This document shows, piece after piece, positions 13,098-27,494 of a DNA stretch of 64,000 nt. The first letter of the stretch is position 1, and every line of letters starts with the position of its first letter. The notes under the pieces are model-generated. The model was not told the DNA's origin, searched no databases, and saw nothing but the letters and a program-made list of their open reading frames with translations. Source of the stretch: Octopus vulgaris (taxonomy: Eukaryota); NCBI GenBank assembly GCA_951406725.2, contig OX597814.1, positions 121,892,001 through 121,956,000 of the forward strand, written 5' to 3'. Both the position numbers and the translations under genes were made by a program.

Positions 13098-14594
13098 TGC
13101 AATAGCACACACACATGTATATGTATGTATGATTGTATATATATATATGTATATATATATGTAACTATATATATGTATCTGTCTATACATACATACATAC
13201 ATACATACATACATACATACATACATACATACATACATACATACATACATACATACATACATACATACATTCATACATACATATATATATATACATATGC
13301 TATTGGACGTTTATATATACATATATGTATGTATGCATGTGTGTATGTATGTATGTATATATATACACATATGCTATTGGACGATTCTAAAGGCTTACCC
13401 ATTAATCTAATTTATTTCTGCTGACTAAAAGTTCCGCAAATTACAATATAATGATTTAAAAGGTATTCAACAAATCAGGAATTTTGTTTTGTTTATATTT
13501 CATTTCTTTATTTAATTTTCCCGCGTAAATTATGCTCGGCATGTTTAATCTCATATAAGCAACGTTCATACTATTTCGGAACGTTTCAGATACTCCGACT
13601 ACGAATCTGCTCCGCTATATTCGTTGGAGTAATCAAATAAGTGCGCTGTCAAATATTCGATACAACAACAAATTATTGTCATGAAATTATATTAACGATA
13701 TATTTGTCTCTTATTTACAATGTACAGAGTTGGTTTATCTAAAAATAAAATACCAACCTATCACTCATACGAAATTAAGATCAGAATTAAAAAATAGATG
13801 CAAAACAACAGTATAGATGTATTTCGGTCAAATCTAGTTAGAGGAAGTTAAATCTTTTTATCAAATGGTTATATGTAGATACTGGAACAAATGTCTTAAA
13901 CTAATTTCAGTGGTTCCTAAATTGACAATAGCCAGTCCCAGACCAAAAATAGTCTTTTGTTTTTATTTGTTTTGATATTTTTTTTTGGAGGGTGGGTATT
14001 ATTTTCTTTCTGGTGGATAAGGTTTCTTTGGTTTTTATTTATGAGGAAACAGAATAGAATTCGCCTCCATATAATCATTTTTTCTGCACCATAGCTTTTA
14101 ATCCCTTTGAAAATTTAAAAGCATTTTAAATATATTAAATATGGCCGGTTGTCTGATCCCTTTGCAATCATGAAACCATCCCCTATCTCATTATAAGAAG
14201 CACTGGACTAATTTGCTTCGGATTTCACATTTCACTGAAGCCCATTCACTACAAGCTATATACAGTAATGAAATTGCACAAATTCGAAGGGAGCTAGCTG
14301 GGACTATAGTAAAGAATATTTGTTCCTGGCAATGCACAGTGTCACTAAACTCGAAATCACGTTATTGCAAAATAAGCCTCTTAAACATAAAGCAAAGACT
14401 AAAACTCAAGAACAATATATTTTATGTTTTGTAATTGCAAAGGTGGCTGGTCGAATGTCCATCAAGTCACATATGGTAGGAAAGTAGTATATATATAGAT
14501 TCAGATGAATATGTCACTTAAGTTGAGGCACCAGAATTTAGTGCGGTATTATCCATACAATTTCAAAGTAAGGTGATTAAAATCAAAATATGCA

Positions 14595-14718
14595 ACAAGG
14601 ATATCCAGAGGCAATGCAGTACGATCGTTTCATGCAACTCCATTTAATTGAGCAATGCAGTTAAATTAAATGGAGTTGCATAAAACTAACGTACTGCATT
14701 ACCTCTGTATATCCTTGT

Positions 14719-14720
<2 letters not shown>
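14595..14720. repeat. Inverted repeat, ~56-bp arms, 14-bp spacer
   Basis: AACAAGGATATCCAGAGG...CTCCATTTAATT mirrored by AATTAAATGGAG...CCTCTGTATATCCTTGTT, about five mismatches. Confidence 0.92.
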
Positions 14721-14755
<35 letters not shown>

Positions 14756-14866
14756 AATATTAGGAATAAATCCAAATTTACAGGAAAAATCAGATTATGG
14801 ATTAAATCCAATTTTATAGTAAAATATTATATAATATAATATTATATAATATTATATAATATTATT

Positions 14867-14936
<70 letters not shown>

Positions 14937-15201
14937 TAGAAGGTAAGGCAGCGACTAAGGCGCTCTGCTAAAGACGACCGAGGTGTATCAGATTGCGGTG
15001 TTAACCTTAATCTAGGTCTCCCAATTTAGTAGGCCATGGTGGGATCCGAAATCAGAACTCAAAGAGTCGCAACAAATACCACAAAGTATCTGGTGTAACG
15101 GTGTTAAAGTTCAGCCAATCCACCGCCTTAGATTAGTTCTATTTTATTGATATCGGAAAGATTAAAGACAAAGTTCAGCTCAGCAGGATTCGAACTCAGC
15201 G

Positions 15202-15323
<122 letters not shown>

Positions 15324-16381
15324 GGAACTAATTCGATGATCAAAGGACTCTGCCAGTTAGTTGCTTAAATGTTCTGATATATTTATCCCAAGGTATATTT
15401 GCCAGCAGACGAGTTATATCGACCTCACTGAGAAGTTAAAAATTCTCAGAAGTTATGAAAAGGAGCGTTTAGCAAGTAAAGACGTGATGAAATCAATACA
15501 ATAAGCCACAATTCTCATTTATCTAAAATACACATCATATTTGGTGAGAGAAAACACAGACTTAGGGGTAAATTTTAATAGCTTTAATAATAATAATAAA
15601 ATTGTTTTAAGAAATTATAACTTAATGGCTTGTGGCTAATTTCTCTACCTGCAAGAAAGTCTTACTTTTTGTTTGCAATCAACGGATTACATTGGATATG
15701 CAACAACCTATTGGAAAAGTCAGCAGAGTATATAGTTTACAGCTTGTTTGATCATTTACAGGTAAATTAGTTGCCTAGAATTTATGGTAAATATGATTTA
15801 CATAATTAATAGATGAAATGAGCTAAAGGAAATGAAACGACTTAGACAATGGTACAAATTTGCACTTAAAGACTAAAAGGTTATATACAGAATGGGGTAC
15901 ACAAGACATTCTAAATTAATTGAAAATTATAACTTATGTAAAGAAAGAAAGCAAACGAACTAAAAAAGACGTAATTGTAATTATTATCGACTTTCAAGGA
16001 AAAAGTAAATATATTTTCCAGAAGTTAAGAAATAAATTTTAAAGTTAATCAAAGTTAATTTGCATCATTGTGGGAAAAACTTGATCTTTGGAGGTAGAAA
16101 AAAGAAGAGAATGGAAAAAAAGTACTCTGGCTTGAGTGGATAATATTTTGTTGATGGGGAATACGACACATAAATATGTCTCTTCATTGCAATAAAAAGG
16201 TAAGACATAACTTCCACTGAACAAGTAGATTAAGTTTAGGTGATTAATTTTTAATTAAATCACTTGATTTACAAGAACTTGTACGTATGTATCTACACAG
16301 AAACACTGACCTACACACACACACACACACACACACAAATACGTACACATACATATATATATATATATGCATGTACGTATG

Positions 16382-16420
<39 letters not shown>

Positions 16421-16485
16421 TGTATGTACAGAGACACACAGACCTACACACGCACACATACATATTTATATATGCATGTACTATG

Positions 16486-16519
<34 letters not shown>

Positions 16520-16618
16520 TGTACACAGGCACACATACATACACACGCACGCAAACATAAACACATATTTATATAGGTATGTATGTATGCATGTATGTAT
16601 GTTTGTATGTATGTATTA

Positions 16619-16730
<112 letters not shown>

Positions 16731-17357
16731 ATGTCACGAACTATAACCACTTATTTTGAAATTGCTCCTCAGAGATATCGGAAATCTAATTCGTAATTCT
16801 TTATCGTAGACACGGCTTTTGTATTTTGTTTGTAAAGTATAAAGCAACGAACATTTTATCTTAAACGCCATCTTTAAAACCTATAAAATTTGGTAATGGT
16901 TAACATAAACATACATAAGACATACTAATATCATACACTTATATATTTATATATACACACATGTACATAGAATAATATATAAATGAATATATATGTATGT
17001 ATACATATGTATATATGTATATATATATATAAATGAATATATATGTATGTATACATATGTATATATATATATATGAATATATATGTATGTATACATATGT
17101 ATATGTATATATATATATATACATACATACACATATATATGTATATATATAAATGCATATATATATTATATATATATGTACATACACATTTATAGAGAGA
17201 GAGAGAAAGAGAGAAAGAGAGAAAGAGAGAGAGGGAGGTAATAAAAGTTATGGAGAGTACTGGTGAGCACCAGATATTGCTAGAAACAAGAGTTAAATCA
17301 ACTCAAATGTCTATAGGTTGAAATTGCAAATAAGCCATCGATTTAATTTGTTATATA

Positions 17358-18255
17358 CAGCGTGCGGACGGTATTTGAGGACAGTTTTATGGTTTTAAAA
17401 AACGCTTATTTGATAACAGAAAAAACTGCATTTTTATAAATTATCAATTTAACATAGACATTCAATAAAACCACTATAAGCATCAATATATGCTTCTACG
17501 CGAGGTTGAAATCGTCTACAAGCTCGATTAAGTGGTCCTTTGTTCATATCGGACATGACTCGAACTATAGCAGTTTTCAAAGAACCTTTGGTGCTAAGGG
17601 GGTGTTCATTAACATTTTTCTCAAACATGCTCCATACATAGTTGTCCAGTATATTGAGATCTGGAGAATTAGAAGGCCAAATTTTTGGGCTGATGTGATC
17701 ATGCAAATTGTCGGCCATCCATTCTTGTATCTTTTCAGCCTTGTGTGATGGTGCAGAATCTTGTTGAAAGGTGTAACTCTTTCCATTGCAGACAACGTTG
17801 ATCAAAGGCTTAACAACTTTATCCAGGACATCAATATACGCAGCAACATTCACCGTAAAGCTTTGTGAAGAAAATGTGAGGAGGCATCACATGACCTTCA
17901 TTACTAACAACACCAAAAACCATGACACTTGCAAGAAATTTTGTGTGCATTATTCTCGGAACCTCAGAAGGGTCTGCACATAGTCATCTCCCATTTCTTC
18001 TGTTAGTTTTCTGGTCCTGGTCAAAGGTTTTTCATCTGAGAAAAAACAAATTACACCATCTTATGATGGATTTTTAAGTTTGTTCAAGCGTCTTTTGGCT
18101 CTCATTAAACGGTTTTATTTTGTTTCTTGTATCTGACATGAATTGACCTCTCCTCATCACATAAGATTTGTATCTGATGTTTTCATGCACAACATTTCTG
18201 ATTGTCTTTTTCTGACACACGACCTCATTGATTTTCCTGGATTGCTTAACTTCCT
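17358..18255 (-). mobile_element. maT (DD37D) Tc1/mariner-superfamily transposon, 5'-truncated transposase pseudogene
   Basis: Motifs NPGKSMRS, FFSDEK, VMVFGVVSNEGHVMPP, FQQDSAPSH and WPSNSPDLNILD, with 37 residues between the second and third catalytic D; TA + CAGCGTGCGG terminus at 17356-17367; frameshifted. Confidence 0.92.
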
Positions 18256-18269
18256 AAATAAATTCATGT

Positions 18270-18655
18270 GTCCTTTGGCATTGAAAGATATACCAACAGA
18301 AAGAACAGGGCGACACTGCATCCGCTGCATAGTACCAAAGATTCCGGCGTCACTCAAAATATAGGATAAGATACTGCAACAGCTGGGGTTTCAAGAGCTT
18401 ACATCTTTTCAATATGCTTCCAAAAGGCCTGAGAGGCCTGCATGGTGTAGACGTAGATGTCTTCAAAACAACACTGGATCTCTTCCTGCAAACGGTCCCT
18501 GATGAGCCTACCTTACGGCACGAAACACAAAACTCCCTTATTCACCAGATGCTACATATCAGAGGATGTTTCATATCATGGTGTAGCGCAGCCAACGGTG
18601 ATGCCCCAGCATGACTACAGCTTTGAAACTAAAAACATTTAAAGATTTAAAGATA
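18270..18655 (+). mobile_element. CR1/L2-group LINE 3' end
   Basis: RTGRHC...IVPKIP...LFNMLPKGLRGLHGVDVDVFKTTLDLFLQTVPDEP...NSLIHQ, a C-terminus typical of CR1-group ORF2; short TTTAAAGA repeat tail. Confidence 0.78.
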
Positions 18656-19110
18656 TATATGTATACATGTATGTATTTATGTATGTGTGCGCGCTAGAGG
18701 GCGTTTTCATATTCGGGAAAATTTATACATCGGCACAAACACACTCACACATACCAATATATGTATAATACTATGTGGAATAGTAAATCTGTGTGTGTGC
18801 GCGCGCGTGTATGTGTGTGCGTGTGTGAGTATGTGTGCGTGTGTATGTGTGTTTGTTTTTGCATATGCAGACAGTCGAGCAATGACTTCAAAGTTTCGGC
18901 CGGCTAAGTCAAAACTTCGAAGTCACTATCAATGACATTCTTGCTTAAGAATAATAAATTTGTCCTCTACAAAAGTATAAAGTAACCATTCAGATTAAAA
19001 TGGCTTTTATTATTACTTGAACGTAAATAAAGCACAACTACTAAGAGTATTAATGCTTTGTTAAAGTGAAAATATCTTGAAGAGAGTTGGTGATGTTTTA
19101 TATATATATA

Positions 19111-19141
<31 letters not shown>

Positions 19142-19229
19142 CTGTCTGTCTGTCTCTGTGTGTGTATGTATGTATGCATGTGTGTATGTATGTGTGTATG
19201 TGTGTGTGTATGTGTGTATGTGTGTGTGT

Positions 19230-19268
<39 letters not shown>

Positions 19269-19903
19269 TTCATGCACAGATACATACATACTCACATACG
19301 TACGTACGTACGTACGTACGTACGTATGAATATATGTATAATAAGAGTGAGAGAACGAGACTTGTTTATAGACAGATAGATATGTATTTACGTATATATG
19401 TATCTATTTGTATGTATGTGCGCATCATTATTTGTTTAGATGTGCAAATTGGCAAAATTTATTCACTACGGCAACCTCTCATCACAAGTGCTAAGAATAT
19501 TAATGCACAGTTAAAGTGAAGTTTTCTTCAAGAGATTTGGCGATCAGGAATATTAATGGCGAATTGCAACCGAAATTAAACCAGTCAACCTACTAATGAC
19601 CAACCATTGTCAGGTCTGAGTACGAGAAGGGACAGAGCCGTTTGTAATAATTGAATCACCTGCTTCTAAAATAGTACGAACGCACAGCTTTATTGTTTCC
19701 TTGCTAAATTTAAACCTGCTTCTTATATTTCGAAGCACTAAACCGTGTGCCTTCTTAATAACATAATATCACCCTCTCCCTGAAGAAGCGATGCACTGGA
19801 GCTCGTAAGATTTATTTATTCATAGTAAGCCATAGTATACACTGAGTGGAATTCAAAGAAACTTTCCAGTATTCCTATGTTCTTTAGACGGCACTAAAGA
19901 TAA

Positions 19904-20686
19904 GGTGGCGAGATGGCAGAAACGTTAGCACGCCGGACGAAATGCTTTGCGGTATTTCGTCCAATCTGCGTTCTGAATTCAAATTCCGCCGAGGTCGACT
20001 TTGCCTTTAATCCTTTCGGGGTCGATAAATTAAGCTCCAGTTACGCACTGGGGTCGATGTAATCGACTTCATCCGTTCGTCTGTCCTTGTTTGTCTCTTC
20101 TATGTTTATCCCCTTGTGGGTAGTAAAGAAATAAGTATTTCGTCTGCTGTTACGTTCTGAGTTCAAATTCCACCGAGGTCGATTTGCCTTTCATCCTTTC
20201 GGGGTCGATTAAATAAGTACCATTTACGCACTGGGGTCGGTGTAATCGACTTAATCCGTTTGACTGTCCTTGTTTGTCCTCTCTGTGTTTAGCCCGTTGT
20301 GGGTAGTAAAGAAATAAGTATTTCGTCTGCCGTTACGTTCTGAGTTCAAATTCCACCGAGGTCGACTTTGCCTTTCATTCTTTCGGAGTCGATAAATAAG
20401 CACCAGATACGCACAGGGGTCGATGTAATCGACTTAATCCGTTCGTCTGTCCTTGTTTGTCCCCTCTATGTTTAGCCCCTTGTGGGCAGTAAAGAAGTAG
20501 GTATTTCGTCTGCCGTTACATTCTGGGTTCAAATTCCGCCGAGGTCGATTTTGCCTTTCATCCTTTCGGGGTCGATTAAATAAGTACCATTTACGCACTG
20601 GGGTTGATATAATTGACTTAACCCGTTTGTCTGTCCTTGTTTGTCCTCTCTGTGTTTAGCCCCTTGTGGGTAGTAAAGAAATAGGT
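19904..20686 (+). mobile_element. SINE family B with four tandem ~183-bp body units
   Basis: One A-box head, units starting at 19952, 20135, 20318 and 20501; ACTAAAGA duplicated at 19893-19900 and 20687-20694. Core resembles the MetaSINE central domain as recalled. Confidence 0.93.
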
Positions 20687-20809
20687 ACTAAAGAGTCCTC
20701 TTTTCATTAAGGTTTTTATATACAGTAACAATTAAAGAGATGTGAGCATTAGTTATTCATTGATAATTGATACTTACTGTCTCTTAGAGTCTTTTATCTT
20801 CGTCAATAG

Positions 20810-21240
20810 TTGTTAGGTTAAGAAGCTTGTATCGAAATGACGTGCTTTGGGGTTCAGTTCCACTACACGTAACCGTGGGCGTCTTCTACAAGGATTTGTA
20901 AATGGATTTGACTGACGAAAAACTGTGTGGGAGCTCGTCGTTTATAAATATATATATATACATGAGTTTGTGTGTCTCTTTGTGTCTGTGTTTGCCACGC
21001 CAACACTGGAAACCGTGTTGGTTTGTTTATGCCCCTATAACTTAGCGAGTTGGCACAAGAGAACGATACAGTAGGTAATAAACTTGGAAATAAGTACTAG
21101 GGTCCATTTTCGTGACTAAACCTTTCAACTTTATTTACATATACAGTTTATTTTCAAGTTCATTTCATATATACAGTTATTGAACTGTAGTAACTGCATT
21201 GCTACAGTCCAATAACTGAAAGTGGTAAAATATAAAAGAT
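20810..21240 (+). mobile_element. SINE family A, old degenerate copy
   Basis: GGTTCAGTTCCACT B box, then blocks matching the reverse complement of 44952-45370. Confidence 0.7.
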
Positions 21241-21529
21241 ATATCTCTGCCCAGAGTTTTTTTCTGCTTTATATTTTATAATTATTTCGGTAAGTAGACT
21301 GAAATAGACTGAAATATTGCGCTTTGTCGAGAAGATAAGAATAATACAGAATTATGTCTAAAGTTGTCTCCCGTGCAAACCAGAACATATTTGTAAGTAT
21401 CTACTATTATATTTTTCTACACCATATATTTATTTCTACTGAGTACATTGACGTTCCATATATTGCACATGTTAATTATATATGTACATATAATTTCTAA
21501 ATTGCAGGGCAAACAGCACTATGAGATTA

Positions 21530-21665
21530 CTATGTCGCGCACATATGTTTGTGATGCATGTGCCTGGTGTACCCTTATCAGATGGGTAGTCATGATGGGT
21601 ATACTGGGCTTCGTATATTTAACCCCAGTGTCACTTTGATGGCATGCATTGCTCTCTCACTCAAT
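21530..21665 (+). mobile_element. Family D element, 5'-truncated 3' end
   Basis: ATGTCGCGCACATATG...GCTCTCTCACTCAATAATAA followed by (TAA)n. Confidence 0.88.
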
Positions 21666-21681
21666 AATAAGTGTAATAATG

Positions 21682-21752
<71 letters not shown>

Positions 21753-22440
21753 TTCATTTATTTGCAACAAAGAGGTCATTAATTCATGTAGTCGTATGAA
21801 TATCAGGTACAATGCCTTGCAGTATTTGTTCTATGCCTCTATGTAGCGAGTTCGAGTGCTGCAGAGGTCAACAATTTGACGTTCATCCTTTCAGGGCCGA
21901 TAAATAAAGTACAAGTTGATATCAGATTTCAATTCCTCCTCTTCTCACCCGCTTCCCCTTCTCATCCTCTCTTTCTTATCCTCCACCTCTTCTTTTTCTC
22001 TCGCTTTCACATTTTCTCTCTATTTCGTCCGATCGCTCTGGAATATTTTGTCTATGTTTCCAGCGGAACACACAAGAGTGCCGCCAGATTTCAAACGCCA
22101 AACGCACGATTAGTCCATGACTCCAATAGAAAATGTGAACACGGCCATATAGGTTTATAACTGATACCATACTGATGTCAAAACATTCTAATTGTTTTTT
22201 TCGTAAAGAATCGCTTCTTTGTTATCTATAACAACATTCTAAAAGAGAAATGCCAGTACTTACCTGTACAAGAACAGACAAATGTAGACAGTTGCTAAGG
22301 AAATAGTTAGCAATAAGAATGAAGAACCTCTTGCTTTGGGAGTGGTACTTACCTAAAACAGACAAAAATGGATATCATATTAAGCGCAAAGTTTACAATA
22401 CAATATCTGTGTGTGTGTGTTTATATATATATTTATATAC

Positions 22441-22509
<69 letters not shown>

Positions 22510-22551
22510 CCCCCCACTCATGTATATATATATATATATATATATATTCTA

Positions 22552-22612
22552 TAGGCTGTGTGGTAAGTAGCTTGCTTACCAACCACATGGTTCCGAGTTC
22601 AGTCCCACTGCC
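22552..22612 (+). mobile_element. SINE family A tRNA-like head only
   Basis: GGCTGTGTGGTAAGTAGCTTGCTTACCAACCACATGGTTCCGAGTTCAGTCCCACTGC. Confidence 0.85.
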
Positions 22613-24999
22613 TTTAAAAGCACAATGGTTCACCAATCTCACTCTTTTTCAAATTTTCCATACATAACTCGTGTCGGCAAGGAACTTAAACGTTTAAACG
22701 ATGATATATGGATGTGTATACACACAGACACACCCACATATAGCAGTATATATCCAGTATATATACATGTATTTGTATATGTGCGTATCTGTCAGTGTAA
22801 ATGTGTGTGGGTATGTGTTTTTGTGAGCATTTATCAGTAGTTATATCTGGCGTGTGCAATATTTAAATGCTGATAAAAAAAAGTAGTCTGCGCACACACT
22901 CTAATACATACTTCAATACACACAGCATATCTCTTGTAATGAGACTATAAGGTAGATACATCATCACATATATACTTTTGTGTTTGTTACATTGGTTCAT
23001 ATTTCGTATTATATTTTTTATTCGGCAAATAATTTTCAAAGAATGGTGTTGTGTTTATTTTGACGTTGGCGCCATTTACAGACATTTAATAGTAAATAAG
23101 GGGTGATGTTGGAGCTAAACTAATTTAGACTAGATACAGATCGAATGAAAAGTTGATTTATTGGTTCCTGTCTTGGCTATTTTATTTTAAATTTTGTTTT
23201 ACAATTTTATAATTTGTAGTAAGTACAACGAAATGCCAGTCGAAAGGAGGGCATAAGCCGAGCATAATGCATTAATCAATCGAAGTACTGCTATGAACCA
23301 CATGTTCAACTGCCAGGGTCATCGATAACAAACATTCATCTTTTCTCTTTAAGTCATAACCAATTCAGACGTTGTTTGTTTATAACAGAATGTCAATATG
23401 CGTAGGGTGTGCTGCAGTGTAGTCGCGATGTTCCAAAGCAACTGAAACAGCGACCCAGTTTCGTATCAACCTTCAAATGATTTCTCTCTCTCTTTACGGC
23501 ATCAAAATACTTGCGAAAAGTATGAACACTATAACCCTTTCTTCACATTGATCATAAATTAATATAACATCAAGTGTCGCCGATGAAAATAATAACTTAA
23601 AACACGAGTAGCAAGCATCTCTGTAGTGTTTAAAATAGTCCAAATGGCATTCAAAGAGTCTCATATTTCTTTAAATGAGAGGGCTTGATTCTTCTTGCAA
23701 GGAATTAATATTTTAGATAAGTTTACATTAAATCGAAAACTTAATAACGTTATTGAGCTTTCTCTTAACCGAAATTGAAACACAACTCCTCCATGTCGAA
23801 AATCCTTTTCTATTTTGTTTCATTCGCTTAGTTCCTGTACACCCTTCTCAGGACCTCCGAAACGGAATTTCAGCAAATATTAGACGGTATATTCGGATAT
23901 AAGACTCGGTCCAAATGCGCCAAGCCGAGTGGCTTTCATTAGAAATACCGACAGACCAGGTGTGTTGTTAAATCGAGTGACATATTAAATTTACTTAACT
24001 CAGCTTCCCTAACTATCTAATTCCGATTTCGTTGAGAATTCATTTAGGTCATTCGTCCTATAACTTATTGCCTCTTTTATATACACATTCTTTGTACCAA
24101 ACTACTTTAGATAGTATTTACACAGCACGTCTCAATCTCCGTCCCCGGCTAACCTTTTCAGCAACATGGTTTCGGTTATTGATAAAACTTATTTGCATTC
24201 ACTTTTGACGCCAATGTCTTTGGAAAGTACAAGAAAGCCATACATTCTATTTACACCACCACCTTTGAACCATCTGTCCTACTTTTCATACATTATTGTA
24301 TTTTCTTTGTGAGACATTACAATATGGTAGCGAGGATAGATTTAAACATAAAATTAGATTAATGATATGTCAAATACTTAAAATGTTATATGCAGATAAA
24401 TAGTTACTTTCTATTCAGTGGATTTCTCTTGAAACTCTAGAATTCTATGGCGATATAAATAGAATTTAGTTCCTGTAAAATATTTTACATAAGTACACAC
24501 AACGGAAAACTATCGTCACTACTTTAACCCCAACTAGAAACCTAAAAATTTTATGTCTTTAATTCCTCATTTAAAGTTTGTCTTAGAGGTGCAGATATGT
24601 GGCGAAGAAGTCACTTTCAATTTAAGTAGTTTTGGGTTTGATTTCACAGCACAGTAAGCTGGGTGTCTTCAACCACGAAAATATTTTGCAGATATACCAT
24701 TAAAATAATAAACTTAATATAAGAATTATATTCTTCGTGTTTTTATCAATATAAATAATATGGTATCATAACTTCTCGCACTCAAACCTCTTACCTCTCC
24801 TTTATTGATAACTTGAACATGGTTTGGAGAAGCACAGCTCTTCATATCAATAGCATAAAATTCAGTAAATGTTATATTATAAATGATATGATACCAATTC
24901 AGAAAAAAAGAGACATTGGCTCAGAATACGGAGCGACTGCAAAATCGAGAGAAATATAGGATCCTGGATGTGGCATATTTTAGGTGAAAAACGATAAAA

Positions 25000-25180
25000 A
25001 GGTTATATTCTTAGCTACTTAAACATGGCTGGCCGGTCGAGCGGATTCTACTGTGACTTATTAACCCCAAGAGGACATCCCCTCTAGCTGGTTAACGATG
25101 CACAGCTGCATCCGATATAATTGCGAGCAGGGAAGCTAACCCATACCATCTCCTAGCGACGTGCAACGATTAAGTTTAGA
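25000..25180 (-). mobile_element. Divergent relative of the 5713-6179 element
   Basis: Shares collinear blocks TATAT..GC.ACTTAAA..TGGCT, CTACTGT, CCCCAAGAGGACA..CCTC.AGCTGG and AGGGAAGC; no intact hammerhead. Confidence 0.6.
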
Positions 25181-26957
25181 TGTCTATCACTATGAGCAAA
25201 AAAACTTATGAATACTGTGTATTGATGTAAATATAGAAGAAAATTAAGAACGCAACTTGGTGTTAGGTAACAAAACTTCACTAGAAGTAGTTTAACTATA
25301 TTTTTAGTATGTTCTCCAAAAGTTGTTTACTATCCCCGATTCTAAGAAGATTACAGAATTCGTTTATTCCTGTTGGGGTTGTAAATGTCATTGAAATCAA
25401 ATTCTATCGTGCGTTGCTGACATTATCCCGTTCAAGAAATTCTAACATGTTGTTACTATAAATCTGTTTACGATACAGCGGTATTGTCATTATCATCGGA
25501 AACAGTCAGACAACCATGACTGTAATTTCGAGTGAGTTGCCACTTACTACAATGTTTGGAAATTACTCTAAACATTAACTCTCTATACATTGTTATCGAT
25601 CATCTTTCAAGCTTCAGTAATACTCTTTGGAGAAGTATATCTTTTACTAAAGTCAGAAAAAATATTCGTTCTTAATTCTTCTGACCTATACTTCACCAGT
25701 TACAACAGCGCACACTATCAGAATCTTAAAAACTATAATACATACTAAGTTTATATGGTTCTGATCAAACCAAGACATTTGGACAAAGGGCATTTATTTT
25801 ATATTCTTTTATATCTGTACAGAATTATGATAGTAAATATCAGCTAAATTTAGATAATGGACTGAACAAAAATCTTTTGAATAACACTAGCCTCACGCTA
25901 ACATTTTGTAAACAGCAATCCTTTCAATAAATCCAGAATTAAAATCCTTTAATGCATTTATTTTCTTCAGATTCACATGATAAATGGACATGAATAATCT
26001 CCAGAATATTTTCTCACTCGAAAATAAACATCTCTTTCAGCCTAAATCTCTAATGGAAAGCAGGAATCCAATTTTTATTGCATTAATGTCACATTTTACC
26101 TGATATTTATTATATTGTTATTCTATTTTTGAATCATGCTATTGTTTTATTCGTTTTTTTTAATGCTTATTGAAAATAAATATGGTTTATAGTAACTTTA
26201 CGTAAAAATGACAATTGCATTGGCAAATATTTGCATCAGTTTTTTAGACACATTCATTCAAACACACGCAAAAGCGCACACTGCCTACACATACACATAA
26301 AACTATTGACTTGCATTTAAACATGCATACACATCTAAATGCTAATGCCATTTTTAAAAATTTACTATGGAAATGCATGTCTTCATTAAGAACATATCAA
26401 ATAAAACAAGCAACAGCTAAAACTCTTATCAAGTCTTAAAATCGAAAGTATATTAAGAAAATTAGAATAACTATCGACAGCTTTATAAGCTACGCATATA
26501 ACCCAATCAATGTAATCATATTACATAGACATGCGCCTTGTTAGGTGAGGGTTAGATATTCTACTAAGATTTTAGTATGCTCTTGCATTTAATAATGGCA
26601 ATATAAAATTGTAAATGCAGTATTCCAATGAATTCTATTTGCATGGATTATGGTTTTCATTCGTCGATTTAAAGAAATGTTGTATTTATTGGAAATTATT
26701 CAGGAAGCAATTTTGCTGATCGAAGCATATTAAAACTTTCGTCTAGCATCAGAGAAACATTGCGGTCTGTTAAAGAACCAAACTTGTAAGTAATAAAATG
26801 AAAAGTTGGAGATGATGTAAGTCTTACTTCTATAAAAACTGAAAAATTTCAATAACTGTAGCTATCTACATTCGTATAGCATGTATACATTTATCTGTAT
26901 ATATTCGTATATTCTGTAGTATATACACTCATATAGATATAGGAGTATATATATATA

Positions 26958-27494
<537 letters not shown>

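Noticed and set aside
18499-18530. CTGATGAGCC...GGCACGAAAC hammerhead look-alike
   Set aside because: Encodes the conserved PDEP peptide of the LINE; no stem I, stem III or UH site.
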